A stretch of 63,416 nt of DNA, filler included, from Perkinsus chesapeaki ATCC PRA-425 (lineage: Eukaryota > Protista > Perkinsozoa): the NCBI GenBank assembly GCA_013115145.1. It is 4 parts of 4 records of this genome, joined end to end, with 100 filler letters (N's around TTAATTAATTAA, not from the genome) between each part and the next. Parts side by side here need not be neighbours in the genome. Positions count along the whole stretch, not along the records: positions 1 to 31,719 come from JAAPAO010000414.1; 3 more parts are not named here. The stretch is one strand, 5' to 3'. Shown one piece after another: positions 14,938 to 27,090 of this stretch (position 1 is its first letter; every line of letters begins with the position of its first letter). The translations under genes were made by a program, and so were the position numbers. The notes beneath the pieces are model-generated. The model had not been told where the DNA came from. It made no database searches and saw only the letters and a list, made by a program, of their open reading frames with translations.

Positions 14938-16717
14938 TTACTCCGATACTCGTAGATCTCCTTGAAGGACTTGCTTAAGGTATTCGTAGGCCTCTATGAC
15001 TTCCTTATTCACTTTGCCGCTCTTCATAGCGGTCACAGAACTGTTTTCACCATCAATCCTTGAGATAATACACATCGCACGGTTGAGTGTACTCCAACTG
15101 AAGACTGGACGCGTTCTTCCCCAGTAGGCTTCGTGAGCCTTTAAAGACATCAAAGCATATTCAGCGGCGCATGTACTGTCACGGCAAGCTTCATCGTTTC
15201 GGAAAATCCTACGGAAAATTTGTATAATGCTGTAGATATGTCGGAGGTACCTTTGTATCTTCATTGCGGAGTATTTCTCAACCAGCCAGTTCCCTTCGCT
15301 CATTAGAGCGGGCCTTCGCCAATCTTTCTGGCAAGACAGGACGTCTCCTTCGGCTTGTGACTCGATAGTGGCTAACTCAAGGGAATTGGGAGAAACGCCA
15401 CATTTGGTGCAGTCGGTATACAGTTGAGGACCTAAAGATTTCGTCTGAAACTAACGGGGAGGCGAACTCACAATCTGAGAGGCCGAAGACCAACCCGTCA
15501 CATCTCCTACAAGAGAAAGCTCGAGCTCGATCGGCCGGCTCATGACAGAACGAACAGGCGCAGTAGAATGAGAATCTAGGATGGATGTTACAAGCTTTCC
15601 ATACAACTATGATGTTCACTTGGCCGACAATAGCTGTTTGCGGATAGTTCTCGGAGCAAAGGCGTCAATATAGGCTACCGAGATCGGTTCTCCTGTAGAA
15701 ATCGGTACCTTTGAGAAGTGTCCATCTTCGAGGAAATGACACCAACACCCGTCACCTGTGCGACAACGTAGGCTGCTCTCTCATGTACGTAAACAAAAGA
15801 GTTGGGGTTACAGGAATGCTCCAACAAAGAGGCTCCGTAGAAGAGATTCCGAGTCTGAGATGCAGCTAGAGCGAAAATGCTAACAGTGAAGCCGCGATCA
15901 GATAGAGTTGTAAATCCAAGCAGCCCAATTGCACTGCTGATAAGCTGTAGCGGTGGGGCCCTCACGTCATCATCAGCCCCATAGTGAGCATTTCCATCTA
16001 GAACTCTGCAGCATCGTTCGAGAACTTCAATACTCCATCCAAGCCGAGCTGGTATAACAGACGCGGCTTCAGATGCGCTCTGGTGGTGTTGGTCTGTAAC
16101 GGGACCGCTCCACAGATTGAGGATCTGATGACATGCGAAGTAAATGCCAGAAAGGAAGAGACTATCTTCTTTTCAAGAGTGACATGATGTTATATAACTC
16201 ACCTTCACGAGCTTTCCTATGTCACTCCGAGCAGCTAAATGGCAAAGTAAAAGTGAATCCTTTCCTTTGAACTTCGTCCTGTCTACAGCATCCAACCAGG
16301 ACTCTGGGCATCCACATGTATCACGATTATTAGATAAACAACAGACACAGAACCGAGAGGTGGTATGTGATGGAAATCGTATCAATGGGAATTCCTGATG
16401 AAATGAACAGCCTCACTGATCCGATCCATTCCTAGCGTGTTCACCTTCCATAACCGTTGACCCGCTACAAACGCCATCTTGGCTAAAAGCCGCCGTCCTA
16501 ACGCTTCATGCCATTGCACCTCAACAGCGCACCTTATATCTTGTCAAGGAATCATATTCAAAACACAAGCCTCGCTTCTGTTAGCTTGCATTGCTAACAT
16601 ACCTTCTGGAAGCAGCTCAGCCATCTTGCCCAAGTTCTCATCGATACTACATTCTCCAAGGGAGATGGACAAATCGCGAGGAAGGACGGAATCGATGTTT
16701 TTGCGAGTTTTGGGCAT
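14938..16717 (-). CDS. SET-domain (SMYD-like) lysine methyltransferase family protein (multi-exon)
   Basis: N-SET GRRLLAKMAFVAGQRLWK; Cys cluster FCVCCL; SET core GASLLEHSCNPNS; post-SET FYCACSFC followed by CxxC; helical C-terminal exon ending GDLRVSE*. Confidence 0.85.
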
Positions 16718-17047
16718 TTCCGTCGGATAAACAAGCCTGTGATGGGACCTCTCTTATGCTCGGCTACTCGTTCATTTCTGCATTTTCCAATAATATCGAT
16801 TTGTGGTCATTACGTATCAACTCAGTAAGTCATTGCGATCAAGCCGTCGATAGAATTATGTTGTTGTGTGTGTATGAAATAACGGAATCAACAGAGAAGA
16901 AACAGCTCTTCCAGTAGAGCTGGGAATACATGACATTTCTTACTCATCGGGATTTCTTAACCAATAGAGACGTCAACTCGCCGCGAAATTCGGATTTTGT
17001 GAAGCTCTAGAAGGGTTACGCTCAATTTCGACGACTAGTCTCATCCG

Positions 17048-17611
17048 TTAGAACCCTGACGATACATACTCGCAACTTCGCGAGGTTCTTTGCAAACTGA
17101 AATCCCCAATTTGCACGACAATCGCGGATTCCGAGAGATGTGTCACTTCGTACGGCAGCGTCGAGCTGCAGGCGAAATATTTGGATAGGTTACGGCGAAT
17201 TGCCGTGTGATGGTTATGAAATTTTATGATCAGCGTATCGTGTGTGTTTATAGTCAAATGCCAAAAAATACTCAGACAGAACATCCATTCTACGTGCAGC
17301 GATAGGGATATTGCCGACTTCCATGGCCATTATCAGCGAGAGCTTTTACGCTGAACTATCTCATCCGGACTATCAACCAGACGAGTGGCACTCAGTGGCA
17401 TCGCGCCTCGTCGTTATACAGGCTACAAAGTCATGGTGGATGAAGGTAGACCTCCAACCTCAATGCAATAGTGGATATAATGCAATAGGTCTGATGCTAC
17501 TCTTTGGTAGAGTATACAGCTTATACGCGGAAAAGCCATCAGTTTATCGTATGTTTCGTGTCCTGAACTCAAAGCGCAATCAATGTAGAAATATCGACTC
17601 CGATTGAACAT
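17048..17611 (-). CDS. Hypothetical small protein (exon structure unresolved)
   Basis: ATG 17611 MFNRSRYFYIDCAL and last frame ...HTAIRRNLSKYFACSSTLPYEVTHLSESAIVVQ...SSGF*; no confident family. Confidence 0.3.
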
Positions 17612-18097
17612 CTCCAGTGACAGAAAATGTGAGCATAATTAATACGCCATAATCCCCTCGGTCACTTATCTTATTGACATAACAATAATATAATTATGAA
17701 CCATAAGCTGTGATAATGACGAAAGAAGTATTAATACTGGTTGACTATATTGAAAAGTTGTAAATTCGAACTTGTAAATCATACCAAGTAATAATTACAA
17801 GTTGTAATTATTACAATGTGATACAACTCACTTCCAATGAAATGTTGTGCGAGCCTTGACGACCGCAACCACATCCGAATAAGAACCCGCAAGGTGGGTC
17901 TACAAATGAAAAGGATGACGGTATAAATAACACCGCATCATATTTGTATTTTAAGCAACTATTGTCCTCGTAGAATCGTTCTACACTGTAAAGAGGTGAT
18001 ACGCATAAGTGCTAAGTGCGTATCGGACCATAGAATAAATATCGTAACAATAAGTTATCAATATGGCATGCTCGGAATATGGCATGCTCGGAGTAGT

Positions 18098-20819
18098 CTA
18101 GGGCTTCTGAGCGATCCATCCTTCTACAACTTTATGAATACCTTCCACCACGTCCCTGATAAAGGCCACTGAACAGAAAGTCACAGCAGCGATCGTTTCC
18201 GATAGTAAAATCCAGAAACTCATACGTCCATTGAGTTTCTAGTTGGAATATTTATTGAGGAGGGGAAAGAGTACTTTCAGAACTTACTCGTTTTCATGCG
18301 TGCACCAATAGCAATGTGATGCTCCTTTAACCTGACCGAGAGATAGACGCCAACATGTATGTCTGCCTTATTCACCGAATATAAATCACCGAGAAGACTC
18401 ACCCACATAACTTGAAGGCCTTCTCTTTCTTGAGTGATCGAGGAGGGATACCATGGATCAGCATCACCATTAATCGATAATATATTAGTTGCTCCGGAGA
18501 GTTTGTTAACGTATGCCTGCAAATCTGCGACGTTTTTCTCAACCTTGACGTTCAGACAGTCGATTTGATTTCTAGTAGTAGCTCACCTCAGCCTTTGAAA
18601 TGCCGAAGCCTTCTTCACATACCATCAGCCAGAAGTCGACCCAACTAGCGCTTGTACAAAAAGGGCATTTATGTTCGACACATTCTGCGATGAGCCCGCG
18701 ATTTCTGCATATTTGGAAAACAGCCAGCATGTCTCGCGTTAAAACCATCTTGTTCCTGAGCCTAAAACACACCAAAACTCCCGAACTAGTCACCGTAACG
18801 TCCATTCGCAAAGTGACTCACATATTGGTAAGATCTTTGACACCGCTTTTTCGGCATGATCCGGGCTTGAGAGGTCTGTTGGTATTGAAAATAACAGCCA
18901 GCCTATCAAGTGCGGCACCACTGAAAGAAAATCTATAGAATTACTGGACTGATCTCTTGCCTCCCATCCGTGAGCTTCTCGCATATCTTTTGGATGTTGC
19001 AGTAATCCCTCGAGCACGAAGGGTCGTTGTATTGTAGAAATACCCCGAGTAGCCCACCGTCACTCGTGCTGACGAAGCTATGTCTAGTAAATAGAAAAAC
19101 GTATCGTTGTTTACGTGTATGCTTGGTTATTCACGTCATCCATATATTCTTCACAGAAACCAAACTTTGTTTCAACCTGTCGACGGCCTTCGGCTGTTAC
19201 CATAGAGCTCGCAAATTCCGTGTGTGCCTCGCCAACCTATGAGCAAATGCAACGAACAGTAACGTTCAAACTTACCAAGTTCAGACACTGTGGACTGCCT
19301 CCAAGATATTGATTGGCTAGGTCACTCGATAGAACAGGGTTGTACCTTATAAAACTTATAAAAACTTATAAGGTACAGGATTCCTGTAACAGGACTCTTC
19401 AGCAGATGACGGGTAACTTCTTGGGTTGCTATACGCGCATAATATGCGTTGGGTTGCTTCGCTATTTGCTGAAGACCGTGAAAGCGTAATTCAGGGAGAG
19501 GTCGCGAAATTGTGACTATCACGATATCTGTTATTGTCTAAAGTCTCAAATAGAAAAAACCCTAAAAATTGTCAAATACAGAACCCTTACTGCTCACGTA
19601 CTTGTAATCCACCAGTTCGAATTTGAACGGACTTGCCGAGGAAACAGCTCCAGCAAAAATTTCCGGATGCCGTTGGTGGGCCACGGCAGTGATCATCTGA
19701 AATGAATGATCGGCTTCCCGATATGTTTATTAATAGAGGATAAATAAGTGTCATACACCAGCCTGGCTGCATCCGAACAGGATTATCTTCAAATTGTCGA
19801 CCTTCGTGTGTAAATATCCTCCGAATCTTGCGACATCACCAACCATCTGTTCGACTGTTAAAAGTTTCTTGAGAGTTTCTGTTGAGAACTCGTGAGTGGG
19901 AAGGCTCTCGCCAGTATACCTGAAGAATAAAATAGTATACAATAACGCGATGCTCGATCGTAATGAACCCAGATAGATTTCCTTACCTCAGGCTGAGAAA
20001 GAAAATTGCCGCTTTAGCTTCACGTGCTGTATCGATTATATCATACCGAGGATTCATGGCCGGGTCTTCCTCGTTGACATTAACGAAGAATATCTGATCA
20101 AGAATAGAATGTTATATGATAGAAGTCCTGCTAAGCGGAACTTCTCTAATGTATTGCCGCGGTAATTAGGGTGGTTGAGGCACTTGGACTTACTGGGCCT
20201 TACCGGCCTTTTTGGATCATAGTAATCGTAGGTTCTCACATATCTTTGGTCAAAATAGCCCGCTGCTGGACCTGATCCGAAGCAGGATATTTTTAGGTCA
20301 CCCCAGAGCCCCAGAACGCGACAAGTGGGATGATGAGGCGACGAACAGATGTTGAACTGAGAAATTCAGCTACAGGGCATTGCCCTGAGAGCAACATAGT
20401 GTTCATCCACCGTCGGTGGACCACCGTTGACCTTAGCTCGCGGTTATAAGGGGGCTGCACCGAGTAAGTCTATATTTTTCTCTGGCGGCAGGGTTATGCA
20501 GAGACCGTGCCCTTGGGATGAGGTTACCGGTACTCCCCAAATAGTCTCACCTCTGTTATGGTCGATCAATTGTTCAAACACAAACCACTGCCAATCGCTC
20601 AACAGATCTGGCATTGGCGGTCTCAGCGCATCAAGCCTGACCGGAAGGGAATGAGAAATAGGAGTTATGCGGCAAACACCAATCTTGGGGTTTCGCGCGG
20701 CGAGAGGAACAAAGGTGAGGTAAATAATAACATAGTTCTCCTCACCTATCAAGAGATCCCGTCCAGTTCTGGATGGCCTTCGACCATCTTAGCCAACCAA
20801 GAAGGAGAATGAGCATCAT
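18098..20819 (-). CDS. Secreted serine peptidase family S28 (PRCP/TSSP-like), multi-exon
   Basis: Signal-like MMLILLLGWLRWSKA; FVFEQLIDHNR|GPAAGYFDQRY; YTGESLP; LLTVEQMVGDVARF; nucleophile FGCSQAG; HPEIFAGAVSSASP; GGSPQCL; EGRRQVETKFGFC; QYNDPSCSRDYCNIQKIC; NILSINGDADPW; GASHCYW; ends EGWIAQKP*. Confidence 0.9.
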
Positions 20820-22239
20820 CTTGTGAGAGACGATGAAAGCTGAACGCTCTGCTTTTGGTATCACTTATCACTCGCCCTTAGTCAACCAAGAAAGGCAAAA
20901 GCGGTCACAATGATGCCTGTCTATTCTATTACGTCACCGAAGCAAACAGTGGCTGCGAAACGGGTAGCACAGCAAACTATGGTAGCACATGCAGTGTATG
21001 CCATACACCGACAACACTGGCTCGAGTGACGATACAGCCGCATGGAAGAAATCCAACTGGTCTACTTTTGAACGTATCAATATCTATTACTCCATGTTTG
21101 TCTACCTTCAACTTCACTAGTTTCACGGTTTGAGTTTGGATTTAGGCTTTGCGACTTTATATACGAATAGCTACTTTGAGCAGTATATTTGATTGATTGT
21201 ACTTATAAATCCTCACATTCTTCTCTATTCCTCGAGTTTGTGCGGAATCATACCCCAACACCAAAAACGGCCCAGGTATACTGCCCAATCCATGCGCATC
21301 TTACAAGATGGTTTCAAACCAATGCTGTTCATTGTTAGGGTATAGGTCGCCGAATTGAAGTATAACCGGGTTTGAAATATTCTACTACTCCTAGCCGAGT
21401 TGACTAACTCAAAAACGTTTATATCACACACTGGTAAGTGCGCGGACTAGATGCAGCCACCACAACAGAAGCGCAGGTTCAAAAGCTCAATGAGGCACCT
21501 GCAGTTAAAGGTTCCAACTTACAAGCAAGAAATGGTACTAGTTCGGGAATAGGCACCCACTCGCCATGCCGAGGTGTGACAATCAAAATAAACTTAGTAA
21601 GAGCATTTGATTCATCCGTCTGGATGTTGTAAGTCCTTAGAACATGTTGTTGACTCCCAAATCAACAACCGTTGTTCTCGCACAGTTCGTTGGGTGATGA
21701 AAGGTTCTTTGCTCGTTCATGAAGAGATTTTCTCGTGTATCATTACATTGGACAGATCTTGGTGGCTACCGCTGGCTTTAATGATGATATGAAGTGATCT
21801 CCGCGAAAAACGCCAAGTGTTTCAGTCGAAAACCATTTCGCGTTGAAACACGCAAATCGCATCTGTTGATCAGTCCGAGCGGTTACTCCATGGCTATGTC
21901 TGGCGATGTCTCACACGGCGGAGGGTTTGCGAAGAAAAGATGGCTTATTGGTTCCGTTCTTAAGTTTGTCAAGTATGGCAAGATTTAAGCTCAAGTATAG
22001 CAATCTGTACACGGAGTTTTGTGTTTGGCCCAAACTGTCCAATCCGAGCTCAACGAATAGGGATATGCCATTGAGTGTAGCACCGTTTCTCACTTTGGCT
22101 CAGCAGCTCGGGTTTAACAACTGTACATGTAACCCGACGGGTTACATGTACAGTTGTACGCCTGCAACGCTCCATCGAAATAACTTACGAACCCAACATA
22201 ATAGAGTGAATAAGAACTGTACAAAAATGTGACAACGAC

Positions 22240-23366
22240 TCAAGTCGATGAGGCTGGTGATGCAGCGGGTTCAGGATTAAGATTCCTAGCAGCTCTGCGG
22301 CGTTCTCTCTCTTCCGATGGGCCAGCTTCCGATGGGTTCCAAAGATCGATCAAATGTTCTTCTAGAATAAACCTGATATCTATAAAGCTCTGCATCTGAA
22401 TTGGTCATGTCGATGTGATACCTATGCTCTTTGTACTTTTGGTCATCTTCAAAAGCTTCCTCATATGTCCAACCAATGTTCTCGAGACAGTTGACACAAA
22501 AACACACCCTGAATAACTATTATGGCAGCACATTCACTGATTGAGAGAACGCGAAGTAATATACAATGCGCAACAAAACTTTAGCAACAGCAGTTCTTGT
22601 GGCTTCTTTTCAGTATCTACAATGTATAATGTACGATGTAGAATTTCGTCATTTGCTGCCGGAGTGACAATCGTGTACTCGCGATACGACAGCGAGTTCA
22701 GATGCCACTCTCAGACATTAGATAATTTGCGTACTAGTATGAGTATGAGATTTTGTGACCTCGCAGGTGTGGAGCGGAATGATTGAGAACCCTCGCGCAG
22801 CAGTTGTTTCAAACAAGGGTGAAGAAGCGTAGAGAAACTGAAGGTCACCTTATGGAGTGCATGCCAGTGGTCATGATGGTGTCTTCTTGGGGACCGAACA
22901 CAACGTTCACGACCGAGTCCAGTAACAAAGCAGTGCCTGTTCTACCACGAAAGTTGGAACCTGGTGAACATAAAATCAGCACCGGCATCTACCAGACGAC
23001 ACATTTCTGAGCGCGCGCGACACGCTTCAATGGTGATCGCGTTGATTATCATTTCTTTGGCAGAAGATTAGCAGTTCGCTATGTTACTTGTCAACTTGAC
23101 AATGTTAAGGAAGGACCAAGGTGAAAAGTTAGACCAGACTAACCGCTACCTTTGTAACACACTAACCGTAACTTTGTATTCACGTGAATCATGGCAAACC
23201 ACCTACTCAAGAGATGTCGTCTACGTGCGAGGTGGGTATGGCAATTAGCACAGCAATAGATCAAGTCAAGATTCCTCATAGCGGAGCGTGCCTGATCTCG
23301 AGGGGTTGGCAGCCCAAAGGGATCATCTTCTGGGTCGTCCAGAGCCGCAATAAACAGCTTTCCCAT
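22240..23366 (-). CDS. Yippee/Mis18-family zinc-binding protein (multi-exon)
   Basis: MGKLF...YCCANCHTHLA; FRGRTGTALLLDSVVNVVFGPQEDTIMTTGMHSIR; CVNCLENIGWTYEEAFEDDQKYKEHR|FILEEHL; stop at 22240. Confidence 0.92.
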
Positions 23367-23600
23367 TTCAAAGCATCAAAGCTTGAATACTTTCATAGGA
23401 GAAACTACAACACAACACTGCCTGCTCAACGTCAACTTTCATGATGCCCGAGCACTCCCGAAAACAGAGTTGATGTCTGCTAATAGATCTGCAGGACTTG
23501 TGCCAGCATAGGCGAAAACTGGTGATGCAAAGGGGGCATAGCTGCAGGAACGTCTCACCATATATTGAACGAAGACCTACTCACCAGGACAAGACGAACT

Positions 23601-26199
23601 CTAGTCGAGACTGCCGGAGAGGACGAGCAAAGATATATCCGCACGTTTCGTGACTTCGTGCAAGTCTTTCCAAAGGGCCGCTGTCGTCTTTGCCATCAAT
23701 TGTGTTGTGAGGTCTGCCAGCTCTGTAGAGTAGGAATAGCAAAATATCTAATAAAACCCTCTAGGCAAAGTAGGTCTATCATGTATGTACTCTGCCGATG
23801 GAGCAATGCTCGTGAACGAAGACGTTCCAGTTTATCAGCGCCCATTTCAGTGGAGGCCATTATTATACCATAAGCTGGGGATGCCTGAATAGAATCACTG
23901 TGGAAATAAACGGTCAGATATTGATCGGGAGAGAATCCTAAAAGTGAAGAAAGCCCCTCGCTACTCGCTGAATCATCCCCTCTGCTTCATTGACAGATAT
24001 GGCCAAATCAAAGGCTAGTCCGCAACGACGAACAGCTTGCTCTGTGATGAGCTGGTCCTGAAGGAGAGTTCTAAGTACTATCGGAGTAGAGATTACTGCT
24101 GCAAAGGGCTCCAAGATTAGGACTCGAGGTCTTGCATTGGGAAAGTGTGTGGGACGGAGCCGCTCCTTAAAACCGCCAAGTTTCTTTGAATACACAACTT
24201 TGCCTTTGCGGAACATGAGCACATAGGGTAACTAGGCAACATCGATATCAATGTATTAGTAGAGCCAATTGAAGCACCACCACCTCCATTTTAATGCAGA
24301 ACTTCCTTCGAAACAGCGAGCTTTGTGTGCCCTCTGTCTGGATCAGCTGTATGGCAGCATCACGTCCATCGATCCTCAATAATGACTTCACTCTCTCCCC
24401 GATTAGTCGACCATGTCTGATAACACTCTGCGCGCCTACTGCCGCCAGGTTATTCTATTCCTACGAGTTCTGTTCTCCGGCTGCATATGCCGCAAACACC
24501 AACACCACCAGTAGGGAATCATCAGCGGTCTTGCTCAATTCAATTGCACGTTCCTGTGTTACAAACGGCACCTGGCACCCCGCTTGTCTTACGAAATCTT
24601 AAATTTACCGAAACACTCACCGTGTCTAGGGTATCGAGCTCTTTCCTCAATAGCGGATCAGTATATTTCCCAGACCATTGTTTTATGGTCGCTCTAGTAT
24701 AGCGTGGATTGGCTTTAACTGAGAGCTAGGCTGTCACTTTCAGTTGTACAATTGGAGAAGGGACATAGAAACGAGCGAAACAGAATTATGGTCGTGACTA
24801 TGCGAGCTACTATTTTCCTATAGTCAGTTTCCAAGCTTCCATTATTAATGATGCCAAGGATCACATACGTCAGTCGTTGATGACTCTTACGTAGCTTAGC
24901 ATGGAGATCTCTTTCATTTCTAAAATCTATTCGTCCCTCTAAAAGGTTACCCAACACCGCAGAGGGTCTCTTAGCGACCTTATTAGAATCTTCGTGCAGC
25001 CGAGAGCCTATGGCCTTAATCACAATCGTTCATGCTATGGGTGTCTCACAACTCGCTGAAACCGTCAATTTCGCAATGCCCTGGCTCAATAGGTTCAACT
25101 CCGATTTCGCACTGGTCAGTTGGCCTGTCGACTCGAGCGGAATCTTCTCGGCACCTAGACGATGCTGTCTACTTGAATTCCAATAGGCCATACTGTATGC
25201 CTTACCGGAATACTGCGGCATTACAGATATGTTTTCATTCCCCGGACCCGTACCGAATACGTATTCTACACCAGGGCCACATAAAATGATATCACAGTTC
25301 CCTCGGACGTCCTGACAACAGCTGCTTTATTCAAGGCTATCAGATTGCTCGTTTACATTGTAATCGACCCTGAGCGAGTCGTTGAGCTTAAGCGATGCTC
25401 GTATAGTAGCATCTGATGGTAAATTGTGGGCCTTCTTCTGGCCGTTAGAGTCAACAACAAGCAGTTTGCCTAACAACAAGCAAGTCAGGTTGATTAAGCG
25501 AATGTATTTTCAATCAAGTGCTTCTGTCATACCAAACTCGCCATCAACCGTCAAGAGATAATATGCATAGTAATGATCATCTTTCCTACTTGTAGATCTT
25601 TCAATACGTCCTGTAGCATTGGCAGCAGCCCATCCCTTGCCCCACTCATCGAATACCCCCATAGGATTAGCAGCTGATGAATCATCATAAAGTATACAGC
25701 TGTACCGTCTGCTCCCTCTACCATGACTATTAATGCACACAGCCTTGCGACCAGAGGGATAATACCTATCAAATCCTGACTGCTCATCAGCGATATACAA
25801 TGGGAGGGTGAGCTTGTATCACGGGAAACGAACAACTCAGACAGAATGATTCAAGTAGTATGAAATAGATGTTATCAATCATCTGACGAACTGATTAGAA
25901 CAACCAGAACATATTGTGCACTTCGAGCAAGAGAACGATTGTGGCGCTATTTTAATAGACATTTCTAACAAGTCTCGCGACCAAGCGCATGAGTAGCTTC
26001 AACCGAATCCGTTGGCTTCGTTAAGTAATACGCATGTTTGCAAGGGAAGAGCAGCTTCTCACCCAAAACCAGATCCATCAGTCTGTCGCATAACAGCTGG
26101 GGTACCAGAGGAGTAGTTCAATATGACCGGATCAAATACAGGTGGGTATTTATGAGAGTTACCAGTGGAAGCCCCTCGAGTAGGCGGAACCAATACCAT
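23601..26199 (-). CDS. FAM194/ERICH6-like domain protein with a possible C-terminal thioredoxin-like fold (multi-exon)
   Basis: NYSSGTPAV..DGSGF; RYYPSGRKAVC; CILYDD..MGVFDEWGKG resemble the FAM194 pattern from memory; later LLVVLVFAAY and MLMFRKGKVVYSKKLGG are thioredoxin-fold-like. Confidence 0.5.
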
Positions 26200-26705
26200 A
26201 ATAATAATATACGCTAGACTAATAATAGTATACCCTTTTACACTAGTGTAAACACATAAAGCGTAACGCTTCGCGAAACGAGCGCCTTCTAACGCAAAAG
26301 CGCGAAAAATGTCGATGTGTTCAACTCAACACGTCACACAACGCGTTGCGATTAGGCGAGAAGTGAAAGGCTTACTCGGAATAAGCTACTTCGACAAGTA
26401 ACATCCCACTGTAATACCTTCACTCTTATTAACCACTAAACACAGCTTTCATACCACAAACTCGATTATGGGTTCAACCCTTGTTTACTATTATTCTCGA
26501 GTTTGTACACAGTACCCTCAGGGTGCTATTTGGGAGTACTAGGAATATTTAGCGTGCGGCGTTTTACACTTCGCATTACGTGACAAAAGCATTAGAACGC
26601 GTTACGGCGGAAGTGTTTTTCGCGTTATCGCGGTTTTCACACGTCTTTTAACGCGAAATGGTTTCCCAATGTAACACTTTAACACCTAAACCGGGTGAAA
26701 CTCCA

Positions 26706-26999
26706 ATGAGTGATTCACAAGATGACGACAATAGGGCAAATTTGGCCTCAAAATTACCCGAAAGTCCGAATGAAATCTCCACATAGATTTACGCACATCA
26801 TCCCAATGAGTCCACTGTGCATCGACCTAACTCGTTCTATATGGCAGCCAGTGAGCGCGACTATGGCACATACAGGAATTGTGCCGATAGTCGGTACAAT
26901 GATATGCGACAGCTAAACAACTTATCTGTGGTAAGGCCCTCACGGAACTCTATACAGGTGCCACCAGAGCTAACAAACTCAAAGACATGGGTGAGATGA
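26706..26999 (+). CDS. Small hypothetical protein; frame contains one in-frame TAG (26784-26786)
   Basis: MSDSQDDDNRANLASKLPESPNEIST*IYAHHPNESTVHRPNSFY...TWVR*; head-to-head with the FAM194-like gene. Confidence 0.3.
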
Positions 27000-27090
27000 A
27001 GTATATCATTATTAGTATGAGCAGTAGTCTTTAAGACTAATAATCCTCACGTTATAAAATGTATTATACTTAATGCCTCATAGTATTAGG

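Noticed and set aside
16473-16489. GCCATCTTGGCT match to the Perkinsus/dinoflagellate spliced leader (similar at 16620)
   Set aside because: Only 10-12 nt, antisense to coding SET exons, with no SL-RNA context
19021-19587. Possible MITE with weak inverted ends inside the S28 gene
   Set aside because: The interval resolves into in-frame S28 exons (GGSPQCL, EGRRQVETKFGFC, QYNDPSCSRDYC); no target-site duplication
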